A stretch of 63,881 nt of DNA, filler included, from Sluysia triapertura (taxonomy: Eukaryota), in the NCBI GenBank assembly GCA_046118255.1. It is 5 parts of 5 records of this genome, joined end to end, with 100 filler letters (N's around TTAATTAATTAA, not from the genome) between each part and the next. Parts side by side here need not be neighbours in the genome. Positions count along the whole stretch, not along the records: positions 39,958 to 52,889 come from JBJNIA010071726.1; positions 52,990 to 63,881 come from JBJNIA010191885.1; 3 more parts are not named here. One strand, 5' to 3'. The notes under the pieces were generated by a model. It made no database searches, was not told the origin of the DNA, and saw only the letters and a list, made by a program, of their open reading frames with translations. Positions within the stretch are counted from its first letter, which is position 1; every line of letters starts with the position of its first letter. Shown here one piece after another: positions 40,130-53,403 of this stretch. Both the position numbers and the translations under genes were made by a program.

Positions 40130-41574
40130 TTTTATGAAGTTTAACAATAATGTTACCGGTTATTGCTGATAAAGATTATCTGCAATTTCCTTTTAAAAAT
40201 TAATTTATGTAGGTAATGTACTAAAAATTACTAGAAAATAAATAAACAAGTTCATTTGTAATGTTATAACTTTAATTAAAACAGTTTAACTAATAAAGTT
40301 GAAACTAACGAATATTCAAGATATATTGGACAGCAAAATTGTGGTTAAGGACTTTTTGAAAATAAATTTAATGCAACTTTGTAGATAAAATTTCTCTCGA
40401 TAATTTAATATAGTTCTTTTCAGATTAATTGATCAGATCAATTGAAGTAAAACGTTTTAACGAAAGTTGTATAAATAAAAATGTAAATACAGTTGAATGA
40501 ATGCTTGTGAATAATTCTATTTATACTTAGTTACCTTATTGTACTATTTAATTGATTTAAATAACAATAAAATAATTGTAATACTTATAATTTGTAAAAA
40601 TATATAATAATATTAAAATAATGTAATTTTAATAAAAATATATTTTTAATAACATAATAATAATAGTAAGTAACGTAATAATATAATTATTATTTTTTTA
40701 GAGAAAAAACAACTATTTGAAATACATAACATTAATTTATACGAAATTAATTACATAACTTAATGAAAATTACATAATTACTTAAGCTTACACCATCTTG
40801 AAAAGGTAATTAAATATGTCTTATTATTAATATCAGGTTGTCAAGAGTGAAATTTGTATAACTTACAAACATAAGGAATTATTTTATTCATAAATGTTTA
40901 TATCTATGTATTTAAGCAGTAGGTTGTTCAGAACCTTGATAGCAATTATTAATGAAGTTATTTTTGGATGCAGTTATTAATCAAGTTGAAGTTATTGTCT
41001 TGCTTGTGAAAATAATAAAATTAAAAATTGCTTTAATTTAATAATTTCGTATGATATTAAATATTTATGTTATTTTTAGATAAGTTTGTTTTAAAATAAC
41101 TCAACAACAATAAATTGGGCAGGGATCCTCTCGAAAATCTACTTATCAGTATTCCAACAAAATATAGTAATTAAGAAAAAATCAATTAAAAATTCCCCAA
41201 AAAATTTTATTTATATTAATAATCAAATAATAAAATTAAATTAGTAACGTAGTTCAAAACCTTACCCAAACTATGGATCATCTTAATAATTGCATCATTA
41301 ATTGATTGTGTGATTGTGTAAAAAAATTTTAAGTTTTTCATTTCATACTTTTTCATCATCCAATCAATCTTGAGTTTCACAATTAAACACTTACAGAAAT
41401 AATCAAAACCTCTTTGAGAGTTAGAGCTATCTGTTAAACTTTATTAGGTACAAAGCACAAAAATTTAATTAATGATCAACTATTATTTTCTTCTATTCTA
41501 GTTGATCTATTTTTACTTAAATTACTTCTGTCATTAAAATAACAATATTGTTTACATACATAAAAATAATGAAA

Positions 41575-44277
41575 TTGATTTTAGTTTTTAGAATTTAATT
41601 GATTTTCGGGTTTTCACACCAAATTTTCTAATGAAAAATGTTTAACGTTCTTATTCTCAAACAAGCTATTCTACAAAAATATTAAACTCACTTCTAAATT
41701 CTCATTTTTCATATCAATCATTTCATATTAAATTCATTATATTTTCATCATTCTAAGTATTAAAAATTCAACATTCCATAATTTTCTTATATGAACTCGG
41801 TCAAACTATACTTTCATCGAAAGATCTTTTCGAATTTAACATATCATTCCGCATTCAAACATTATTCAAAAAACGTACTTTTTCTTAATTAAGTTAATTA
41901 AGAAATTAATTAATTAATCAATTTTTAGACTTAATCCTATTTATCTTCATAAGATTCTCAGGAGATTTTAGATATTTTCACCTTCACCACTCTGACTCCT
42001 TTTTCTACTTCTTTACGTTAATTACTACCCTATTAAATTTATCTTTAATATTAGCAATGATTTTATTAATATTAGTGATTTTATTTCTCCAATTTTTTAA
42101 AGATTTTGGCTACTTTATAAGGTCTTTGTAGTGAACTCAAGCTCAAAACACTCTAATTGTGAACACAATCGTAAATAAACATCAGCAGAAACCAACACAT
42201 TCATTGGAAATTAAATCTTAAACAAACTTCAAAACAATTTCACAAAAAATATCAAATCAAATAAAAACAAAACACAAATACAATTTTTATAACATTAAAC
42301 GCCTCAAAACCTTATAATTCTGGTTATAATTCGTTGTACCGATTTTTGTCAACATTACTGCTATGTCATTGTTGTTCTTTAAAATCATTAATTGTACTAT
42401 TTTATCTTCATTTTATTTTTATGTCCTGAAAGATTTTGTTTCAGTACTGTAACCCAAATGCCTTATCATAAACCCTGTGCTAATTATAATTTTCCTCAAA
42501 AGCCAAATCATTTCTGTCAGTATGTACAAGTGCTCGAAACACATGAAGATTGGAGTAATTATTGCATACCATAATAATCAAACTGAAGATTTTACAACGT
42601 CAAATTTTAAATGAACAATACGATCACAAACTGGATCACATGCTGAAAAATACTGAAACGGAAGAACAAGAGATATATAAAATACACACAATCAATTCAA
42701 CTAATAATATCGAGTTACCATTAAATTAATTACTATTAAATCGATTTAATAGATTTAGTACTGAAATTAGTGGCTGGTCAGATGAACCAATTTGACAGTC
42801 ACTGGTTATTTTTTACAGAAGATCGTTGGATGTACATACTAATCGTTCGTAGTCATTATCTGATGTTAAGAAGAAAATAGAGGATAATAAATTGAGAATT
42901 ATGAGACAACAATAGTAACATATACTTTTCTGACTATAATAATCAGGATTTTGAAGAATTTAGACAATGTATATATAGTTTCAATAATGATGACAATAAT
43001 AATGACTACGATAATAATAATAATAATAATAATTAATGGGTATTAAAATATAATAGTTATGATTACTGTTAACTGATAAAAATAATAATAATAATAATTT
43101 AATTAATTACAATAAATTATCTACTGATAACTTTGATTAGTTTCAAAATAATTTAATTATTATAAATTCATCTGAATTTTCAAAAAAATACTAATCAAAA
43201 AAGTTTTATTAGCTTCATCATCAGCATCATGAAACCTCAAATTACAAAAAATTACAGATATAAACGTGGATTTGCCGTGAAAAATGTGTATCAAGCCCTA
43301 TTATAATTTGAAATATATTTTATGAATAACTTTATAAAATTTGTTGTGTAATAATTATTTTATGGGTCGTACTACGTATTATGACATTGTTATTATTTCT
43401 CTATTTATAACATAAATTTGATTTTATAGTTAAAAATAATGCTAATAAATTAAATAGTCATAAACGAACGATTTTTATAAAGTTATTAGTAAAAGTAAAT
43501 ATTTTTATTAACTAAATACTAAAATTGCTTTTATAAATAAAGAAAATTTGATATTGGAAATTGAAAAACATTTTACTTTAACTAATTAAATTATAACCAT
43601 GAATTTAAAAGAAAAATTGAATAGTATTTCATGAAATAACACAACACTTGGAACTTGCAATATTGGTTAAATTTCCTATTGAAATTTATTTTAAAATATT
43701 TTTTTGTTTGAACATTTACGATCTGTGTTATTTATAACATTATAATAAATAGTTAATTGAGTTTGAAATTGCGCAATTCGAGTAATTTTTGCAACGAACT
43801 TCAAGGAAACTTCTGTTCAACATGAACAATGTAATAAAATTAAGAAACAATATGAAAATTTAGCAATTTTGTATGTAAACATTTTTCGTAATTCGTCACT
43901 TATGGTTCACTTAGCTTTAAATGTAAGTAAAATTGGCCACTTGATAACTAGTAAAATGCCACAAGCTGTCATTAAGATCATAGGCGAAGTTAAGTGTCGA
44001 ATTTCTTTAAGTATGCTCTAGTCTTAAATGCTTATTGAGGTTTCAAAGGTTCTTAAAGGTTAATAAGGTCTTTGATAATCTCATGGTTCAAATGAATCCT
44101 AATGCCTTTAAATGTTTTCCAAGGTATTCTGAAGCTTCCACAATTTCATATGGGTCTTTTGAACTTCAAGATATTCCTCAATTGTCAATGTTTCTATAGA
44201 TGTTTTAATCTTCATGATTCTTACTCCAACAGTATCTGTAATATTCTCTTGACCCACAGTTTTGGGCAATCCCAATT
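41575..44277 (-). repeat. Repeat family R1 copy split by a ~1.9 kb insertion (about 42127-44020)
   Basis: 44277-44025 matches the first part and 42122-41575 the continuation of R1 in reverse orientation. Confidence 0.65.
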
Positions 44278-47200
44278 GCATAAAAAGATAAACATAAAAC
44301 AGCTTTTTCATGAATTCGAAAAAATTCCATATGGATTGATATGCGCATGAGAAAAGTTTCAAATAAGTATGAATTTTGTATGTAATTAAACGTGTAATTG
44401 TCAAAATTGTTTGTTGGATTTAGTCAAAGATAAGGGTTATAGTTTATAGTATAAGATAAAAGTAAGTGTTATTGAGGAAATACAATTAAGCATTACGACG
44501 AAATGCGTTAAAGGAATAAGTGTATAAAACATTTAAATCAAAATAAAAGAAAGATGCGAAAAGATAACCTTTTAAAAGGCTTTACTTGTTAAAATATAAA
44601 AGTGCATTTATTATTTAATTTAATTTAATATTGTTTAATTTAATAAATTTCTTGAAAATGTTTGCACATGATAAAATAACATTAGAATTAATGTGTAGCG
44701 TTGAATTTTATTAGTATTCCTAATGTTGAAATGTTGCAAAAATGTCGACGCAGATAACGCAAATAATTAGTTATTTTAATTAGTTTTTATAACGTAAGAT
44801 TAAATTTATACAAGTAGCAGAGCATAAGTATAATTAAAATACATATTAAATTGGTGCTCACGAAGATGCACGGTTGATTCATGATGTATTGCATAAAAAG
44901 CTTTCTCTAGAAAAAAATTTAGTATTTAATCAGTTTTGTTTATTTTAAGTTAACATGTTAATAACAAATGCTATAGTTAAGTAAACATATGTTAATAATA
45001 AAATCCTATAGGAGACATTTATTAGGTCATAAACTATTCATTATAAGCGAATTTCTATTTTGAGGTAAGCAAATTTTACGAAAATTCTTGTTACTTTAAT
45101 AATATTGCTATGGTTTATGCTTAAAAAAAGTTTAAACCTATACTTGCAAAATAGTTTTCTGGAGGTGAGTTTGCCTAATAACTACGACTCATTTCTGATC
45201 GAAAGCGGTCTATTAGGATTTTGTCTAAAGGCATAAGAATGTCTTGTAAGAAGATATTAGTTCTATATCTGTAATTATAATATTTTAATTATATATAATG
45301 TACATTCAAAAATTTGTCCTTGTGTTTAAGATAAATATCGTGAAATAATACGTCTTGAATTTTATATAATATATTAAAAATGTAAATTAAAATAGCAGAA
45401 TTATGGTCTAGTTTTCCGAAATAAATTGAGCTAGCCGGTTATGGTCTAGCCTGAAAAATCAAAAGTATATTTTAGAATTCTAAAATTAAAATTAGCTTGT
45501 TTAAGGTTTAATCAAAATAGTTCAACAATTTAATAATAATACAAATTAAACATTATTATTAATACAAACTCAAAGACAAAAAACGTAACATAAAACGTAG
45601 GTAAAATATATAATATTGATATGATTTTAGTCTTAATATTCAGAATCTACTTTTCTGATATTAAATTTAATTAATTTAATTTAAAATTAAGATCTAGCGT
45701 ATCTCAAAAATGATTTTACGTGTAAATATCAATTCTTCTAATTATAGTAAGAGTAAAACTTATTAGAAACTAACTTACTAGTTCATGGATTTTCTTTTGA
45801 CTGCCTAAAACCGGTGCTGAATTTTGTCAGAAAATTAGGTGTTAAATATTTGTGTATTATTATAAAGAATTCCCTCTACTTATATTGTAAATTGCCATCT
45901 TGTTTTTTAATAAAATTTTGAAATTATTTTTTAAACATTTAATTTATTAATTATTTAAAATATTAATGATTTAATAATTTATATTTTACTTACTAATTTT
46001 TTTGTTTAATTTTATGTTTATAATAAATATAAATATTTTAAGTAAAGCATTAAAAATATATAAACATTAAAACAAAAATATTTACGTAATATTTATAAAT
46101 ACACAAATAACAATATTGTAATTATATTATCATTTTTGTTATTACTATTTTCAATATTTTTTAAATTTATAATACTTACTGTACAAATATAATTTAAAAT
46201 AGCTAATAATCTTAAAATAGAATTACTTGCAAAAGAATATCAGTAATTTTAAAATTATCTTAAACATCCTCAAATAAAAGAAATTAAAAATAGAATGCAA
46301 GAAACATACATTCGGCCTCACCAAAATTACTTTCAAAGTTCAGGTTACAGATTTGTTAGTAACACCAGAAAAACAGAAAATCCATCATTGAAATAAAATA
46401 TGTTCAAATAAAAAATACAAACCAACATATAATAACTAATGCAAACTACATAACTACAATTAAATGAATTGTAATTTGGCAAAATCAATGTGGAAAATTA
46501 ATTATATAAGTATAATTAACCATATTATTACACATGCATTCGAATCATTTACATCAGTGGTGTCAAACACATAGCCCAAGGCTTGATAACAATGTATAAA
46601 ATAAGTTTATTTTAGGATTAGATTGAAATTTTAATTTAAGCATTTTAATGTTAAACATTTGAAAGGGCATTTGAGCGCCCCTTTTAAGTCGGTAACATCG
46701 ATAAAGTAGATCGTACCAAAGAGTCTTGCAATCGTTTTTTTGACAGTTTCTTCGCAGTTGCAAATTTCAGGTATAATTTCCCTAATTTATTAAAACTCAT
46801 CAAATAATTGACCGTAAGTTTTAATTAAATTAGAGAGAATTCAACTAGGAGTGAAAAATCATAGTATCAATGTTTCATAATTATTTAGAAAATTGGTTTA
46901 ATCATAGATTTTTGTATAAAATCTTGATTAAGTGTTTAATTTCTAAAGACATGTTTATATTGCATATAAATAAAACAGTGTTATTTATGTTTATTTTTCA
47001 GAAAATAAAAATTATGTCTGCTTGTAAAAATAATAAAAAAGATCAATACAAGGCGAACACAGAATTTTTCAGCCAAGATGAGAGTTAAATTACTTTTTTA
47101 TAGAGCTAAAAGACAAAGCTGCATGTTTAATTTGTAAAAAGACTTTAAATGTTTTTAAAGAATATAATTTAAAACGCCATTATGAAATGCATTCAGAATG

Positions 47201-47517
47201 TAAGCAATATACGGGAAAATAAGAGAAAAAAGTTTAAAAAATTAAAGTGAACTTAAATCACAACAATCATTTTTAAAAAATCGTTTGAAAACTCCGAAGG
47301 TCAAGTTCATACTAGTTTCATTATTTCGGAACTTAGCCAAATGTTTTAAGACGGTGATTTTGTTCAGGAGTGCATGTAACAAACTGCAAAAGTACTCTTT
47401 CCCGAAAAAGTCAAAACTATTCAATGCATTTCACTGTCAATAAATTGTGTTGCTGAGAAAGTTAATGATATCGCTACTAATATTAGTCAAACTCTTGAAA
47501 ATAATTTGAGATATATT

Positions 47518-48613
47518 TGTAACATATAACACACATATTGATACACACATATTGATACACACTTATTGATACATTTATTGATTATACATTTGTTGATTTG
47601 ATTTATTGTGAGACATACATTTATTGATTATTTGTGAACATATTAGTCATTTCGCATTGTAATTACTTATTATTTATCATTTTTGGAAAGTATATTTTTA
47701 AATTAAATGTAAGTTTCAATAAGTTTTGTCTAATTTATTAATTTTGTTTCTGAAAATTAATTAATATAAAATCTTTAATTAAACTTTTGAAAATTAATTA
47801 AACTAACGTAAAATAGAACAAATTTATAAAATAAGTCTATTGTTTCAATAAATTAATTTCTAAAATCTGAAGGTCAGATTAAAACAAGTATAAATTCTGC
47901 AAATATTTCTCAATTCATCGCAAGAGTGAACGAACACAATTTTTAGCAATTTTTAACATTCTTCGATTTTGGTCGAGACTTAAAATTCCTAGCTGAATTC
48001 TTTCAAGTTTTATTTATCGTCTTACGTTAGTTTAATTATTTTTAGGACTGATACCTTTGTGTATCAAGCGTAAATTTTTACTTAAAATCATTTTAATCAT
48101 TTTAGGATCTTATAATAGATCCAACGAAAAATATTTTAATAAAATCTTTTGTATTATTCATTAACTCAAGAATTAATTAGTGTAAATTGTTATTTTTATT
48201 ATTTGTCATTGTACACTTAGAAGTAAAGGTCCTAAATAAATCATTTGCAATTAATTTTTGTTTCCGATTTAATTTACATAGTTTTAATTATAAAATCTAT
48301 CGTTTAGAAAAGTTTTAAATCTAACTTAGAATTTAAATTTAACAACGTAAAATAAAATTATAGATTCCATTTCAAAGAATCAACGGAAAATCATTTAATT
48401 AACGTTATCATTATTAACTTTTGAGAAAATTAATTTAATTAATATTTTTGAATGAACGTTAAAAACTTACCTCCAGATAGTTAAGGATAAAGCATTTCTT
48501 TTAGCATTATCCCACACTCATATTCTCAAATCTAACGGCTGGCCCTAACAGGTAAGTCTATTACGTTGCTAAACTTTCGCTTTATTCTATTTTTACTTTA
48601 AATATTTCCCATA
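47518..48613 (-). mobile_element. Solo LTR (family L1) inserted in the hAT transposase
   Basis: TATT|TGTAAC...TTTCCCATA|TATT (or a 6-bp TATATT TSD ending at CA 48611). Excision restores the in-frame sequence NNLRYIQHFSIAIDETTD. Confidence 0.85.
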
Positions 48614-48809
48614 TATTCAACATTTTTCAATTGCAATTGATGAAACTACAGATATTACCGGCCAAGCGCAACTTGCTGTCATTATTCGTGCTTGAGACAA
48701 AAATTTTACTGTGACTGAAGAACTACTCGACATTTTATCTCTTAAAAACACCGCTACAGGTTAAGACATTTTTGAATCGGTCGACGAGCTTTTAAGTAAA
48801 CATAATCTC

Positions 48810-49846
48810 TGAAACGAATGAAGTGTGTGTAATATAAATATAAACTATCAATAGATTATGTGACTTTGTGAACTTTATTATTGGTTTAAATGATTTGTTA
48901 AATTATTATTGATTTAAAATTTGTAATTCTCATATGATCATTGATTATATTGATTAATTGATTTATTTTTATCTGGAAATTATTAATTATTTCTAACTTT
49001 CATTGTAAGTAATTATTTAATTCTAATTTTATTTATTTAATTTTAATTTTAATTCTATATTTAATTTAAATTCTAATATTAAACTAACATAAAACATAAA
49101 CTTTTAAAATTAAAAAAGTTTTTAGCATTTGTTTTAATTAAATTATTTTAACATTTGTTTTAATCCGATCAAGGTCGGATTGAAACTATATAAATATACA
49201 GAATTTTTCAATTGAAACTCACAAAAATTTTATAAAAATTTTCTTCGAAGATTATCTGAACATACCCATTCAGTTCCAACTATGCTACGATACTTTTTAC
49301 ATTCAATATTTTTTCAAAACTACGTTAGTTTAATTATTATAAGGGCGATACCTCAGCGTATCACAGGTAAAATCTTACTTAAAATCATTTTAATTAATTA
49401 ACTTTCGTAGTTAATTTGGTAAAATTTGTATTATTACTATAAATTTGTGTACATTTTTTGAATATTTTTGTAAAGAATGTATTACTAACCATTAATTTTT
49501 GTTCATATCATAACTGTTATAGTTTTAACTATAAACTTGATTGTTTTATATGTTTTCAAAGGCCAGAATTTATCTCTAGCAACGTAAAATACAATCTAAA
49601 GATTCCATATAAATGAATCCACGAAAAATCATCGAATAAACTTTATTATTATTAATTTTTAAAGAAAATTTAATTAACATCATTACTCTTAAAAGATTTA
49701 AATAAGCTTTGAAGTTTTCAGTAGCTCTTGAGATTTTCTTTTGATTTACCAAATTCAACAGCTGGCCCTAACTAGTAAGTCCAGTACGTTGGTGAACTCA
49801 CGCTAAACTTTCGCTTTATTCTATTATACTACTTTACTTTCTCACA
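48810..49846 (-). mobile_element. Solo LTR (family L1) inserted in the hAT transposase
   Basis: TCTC|TGAAAC...TTTCTCACA|TCTC. Excision restores the in-frame sequence KHNLFLPKLVCLATDGA. Confidence 0.88.
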
Positions 49847-50788
49847 TCTCTTTTTACCTAAATTAGTATGTCTAGCTACAGACGGTGCGAAAGCAATGAC
49901 AGGAAGAAAAAATTAATTTATAGCTAAATTATCAGCTTAACAACACGATGTTTTTCCCGATAACCAATTTCGCATCATACATGAAGAAATATATGTTCCA
50001 AAATAATAAAAATAATAAATAGTTTGTCAAAAAAACTATAAATTTTATACGATCTCCAAGTTTGAATCAACGACAATTTTCATCTTTACTAACATGATGG
50101 CCTTCCTGACACAATTTTGATGCGGTTCTGGGAACTTCGTAATGAAATCAAAACATTCTTAGAAATGAAACATCAGTCAGTTGAACAATGTAAAGATAAA
50201 ATGGGATGCAGGACTTAATCTTTCTAACCGATATTACAAAACACTTAAATGTGTTAAATTATTAAAACTTCATGGTCGAAATAAAGCTACCGCACAGATA
50301 TGGGAGTTTAATAAGGTATTTAAATTAAGACAAATTTGGAAAAAACAAATGTGATTTAGCTCATCTCAGTTCATTATCTCGCTTGTAAAAGTTATAAAGA
50401 ATCGTATATTAATTGAAATTTTGTCAAATATAATTTATATATATATATTAAAATTTAACTAAAAATGTTTTGTTATTAAATATGTTTTAGTGTATTACAT
50501 GCAGTGATTTGAGTCTACATGTAATAGAAAATAGTTATAACCCGAATTCACTAATAGAATTTATGCAAAATAAAAATTATCTGTTGTATTTTAAGGCTAA
50601 ACGTTTATAATACATAAAACTATAGTAATTATTTAAGTTAAAATTTTATAGAAATCGAATATAAATAAATTTTTAATTCATAGTACATATTTTGATTTAT
50701 TTTTATATCATTAAAAACTCGAAATTACGATTGTATTGGTGCTAAATAAATCAAAATACAAAAAATAATCATCTGACAAATAATAAGT

Positions 50789-51225
50789 TTAATCATCATC
50801 ACTCCACTGTAAATCATCTTTAGATAATCGAGAGTTGTTAATGCCTTCTGATTCTTGATCACGAACAATTTTCGAAATTTTATCAGACATTTTCTCAAAC
50901 ATTCCACCGCCACTACCATTTCGAATGATTGTAACTCCTTTTCCTTTATCATCATCATATTCATCATCTGCCGCCACTCCATTTGCGTGATATCCGAACA
51001 TACCCATTCTACGACGTTTTAACCGTTTCTGCATCTCCTCCAATATACTCACTGGCACATCAGAAGCCTTAATGTTTTCATTGTCTTCATCTTTACGGAG
51101 TGTTTTTCGAGGATTTGGTGTTTTCAAAGTAGATTTTAATCTGGCTCCCTCAGTACCACCAGTTTCTAAAATTTGACGTAGCAAGTCGTTACGACCTTGC
51201 ATTAAAGGATCATTCGCTTTTGAAG
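50789..51225 (-). CDS. WASHC1: Last exon of WASH complex subunit 1 (WH2-central-acidic/VCA tail)
   Basis: GRNDLLRQILETGGTEGARLKS (WH2; cf. [22 protein letters not shown]), SILEEMQKRLKRRRMGMFG (central), GMFEKMSDKI, and an acidic tail with Trp (QWSDDD*). Acceptor tttcag| at 51226/51225. Confidence 0.85.
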
Positions 51226-51466
51226 CTGAAATATATGTGAATTATATAATTTATGGAAAAAAACAAGCATTAAACCAAATACACAAACAGTTAAACTATT
51301 TAAACAGTTAAACACAAAGAACTTTTAAAACCCTAAGATTATTATTAGACTCTAAATTAATATGATAATAAAAGTTCTATAAATAAGTAGTTTTTCTCAA
51401 GATATATTTTTTCCGCAAGCGCATTATTTTTTATATAAACCACGCTTCCAAAATCTAAACGTACTC

Positions 51467-51654
51467 GAGAAAGTTTTTGTTCGGCACGCTTCTGATGTTT
51501 GTAAAGCATATGGACTCGCCAATAAAACGGAAAGTGTAATATAGAAATGGAATATCATGGAAAATGTCAACATTGTCGATATAAACGCTGCCCTGCTGCT
51601 AAATGAGTATGTCATAAAACAAGTGATTACGATATGACTTATATTCCTTGCCAG
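51467..51654 (+). pseudogene. Frameshifted fragment of a two-DBD nuclear receptor
   Basis: KF(F)VRH...NGKCNIEMEYHGKCQHCRYKRC.AA.MS (second C4 zinc finger) followed by DYDMTYIPCQ|gtacgt, matching the D(I/M)S.IPC(R/Q)V start of a tandem second DBD. Confidence 0.65.
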
Positions 51655-52889
51655 GTACGTGAATCTAAATCATCTGGATTGCATTTTGTATCTGAAGGAC
51701 GTGAAGTTTTTATTCCGAAGAATGATCAAATATTTTTTATGTTAATTTTGTTATTTTATCTAGTTTTAATTATGTAGAGTTAACTACAAATGTTGATGTT
51801 GTTATATTACAAATATTCACTTTATTTATGTTGTTACAATTAAAAGTATTACCAATCATAGTTATTGCATTCATTTTTATAATATATCATTTATTTTCAT
51901 ATTGAAATTATAAACATTATGAACACTCATTTAAGTCAAATTTATTATTTGAATTCGAAAAATTATGCCATAGTAGTATTTTTCTCTATATTATTACTTT
52001 TGACAATTTCTAATAAATGGTGTTTAAGATTTTTACAATCATTACATTATAAAGGTGTTTTTATGCATTAATTCAAAATGCTAAAGCAAGTATAGAAATT
52101 AAAATAGCACTACAAGTTAAAATGGATTGGTTTAAAGCTATTATGCTCAAGTGTATAACTAAACAACGTGTGTTTACAAATTTAAACAAAACAAACAATC
52201 TGAATGCAATAACGTGTGTACAGTCATATAATAGTATAAGTACTCTTTCGTGTCCTTATGTTCTATTTGATTGTTTCGTAATAAGAAAATTGAATCTCGT
52301 CTTGTTTAATTTGTTATTCTTTAAAGGCTTTAAGCCTAATTTATTGTCTAAGAAAGTTATTACAGTTTTAAAATTAAAAGTTAATTGTTCATTTTTAATT
52401 AAATATTTCATGCTTAATATTAAAAATATAAAACTAAACATTAATAAATATAATTTAGTAACACTTTTCAAGTTAAAGCGCCCCATACCTTGACTTAACA
52501 ATGGTAGGCAAACTCGTCTGGTACTGAATGACTTAAAAAAATAATTACAACGAACGTTAGCATGTAATATTTAAATTTATATGAAAAATAAAGTCAACAA
52601 TATTCGTATGGAAATGTATTACTCTTTCATCTTTAACTCTTTATTAAGTCTTGTTATACTAATCGTTAAATTTTTTGAATCGTTCTAAGAAATTAGCAAG
52701 CTTGCACTATAATTAGAATGCTTCTTATAATAGTTTATTTAATTTAAAATTGTTTGCAATATACAGAAGTAAACTAAACTTATGCTACAAATTCAATATT
52801 AAAATTATAATGAACTGTTGGGATTAGTGAAGAATAAGGGTTGATAGAAGGGTCAAAACTTAGGATAGCAGTATCAGTGGAACGTTATT

Positions 52890-52989
52890 NNNNNNNNNNN
52901 NNNNNNNNNNNNNNNNNNNNNNNNNNNNNNNNNTTAATTAATTAANNNNNNNNNNNNNNNNNNNNNNNNNNNNNNNNNNNNNNNNNNNN
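52890..52989. other. Assembly spacer
   Basis: N44-TTAATTAATTAA-N44. Confidence 0.99.
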
Positions 52990-53058
52990 GCCATAAGTTA
53001 TTAGCCAATTAAGTTAATATTATAAAATGGGACCAAAAAAGGTTTGGTAGTGAAAGGG
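52990..53058. mobile_element. Right end of a piggyBac-type element
   Basis: ...GGTAGTGAAAGGG|TTAA; the left part is lost at the contig edge. Confidence 0.5.
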
Positions 53059-53403
53059 TTAAGTTTATTTAAAACCTTGACAAATTGGTGTCTCAAAACA
53101 TAATAGAAAATCAAAGATTGAAAATATTAGAAACTTATTATTCATCTTGTGCTATTGTAAAATTCAAAAATATTAAGTTATCTCTAGTTTCCTGCATATA
53201 AACCTAAATAAAATAAATTGTTTATTACCAAGAAAATGTTAATTTGATTTAAAACAAGAATTTTCATTATTTTCAAAAAAAATTCTATGAAAGAAGATTA
53301 AAATTATTGAAAATTCAAGATAACTTGGTTTATAAAATTTAATGAATCAAAATAAATATAAACTTATATGGAAAAAATGCAATATAAAGAAATTATAAAT
53401 TAC

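Larger units (their letters stand above)
46555..50400 (+). mobile_element. SPIN/GTF2IRD2-like hAT DNA transposon; degenerate transposase at 47013-47517, 48618-48809 and 49851-~50400
   Basis: Left terminus CAGTGGTGTCAAACACATAGCCC. Motifs ACLICKKTLNVFKEYNLKRHY, DGDFVQECM, FSIAIDETTDITGQAQLAVIIR, VTEELLDILSLKNTATG*DIF, KLVCLATDGAKAMTGRKN, IIHEE, with many stops. Confidence 0.9.

Noticed and set aside
44102-44404. 98-aa and 82-aa ORFs
   Set aside because: They overlap non-coding repeat family R1, and the frame is not preserved in other copies.
49752-49800. CTGGCCCTAAC..GTAAGTCCAG resembling twister ribozyme P4, and GGCGAA in related copies resembling HDV J4/2
   Set aside because: The loop is too long and the twister pseudoknot partners are absent; HDV P1/P3/P1.1 elements cannot be built.
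52122-52501. 123-aa and 81-aa overlapping ORFs
   Set aside because: Low-complexity K/N/L/F composition within LTR-like AT-rich sequence; likely chance.
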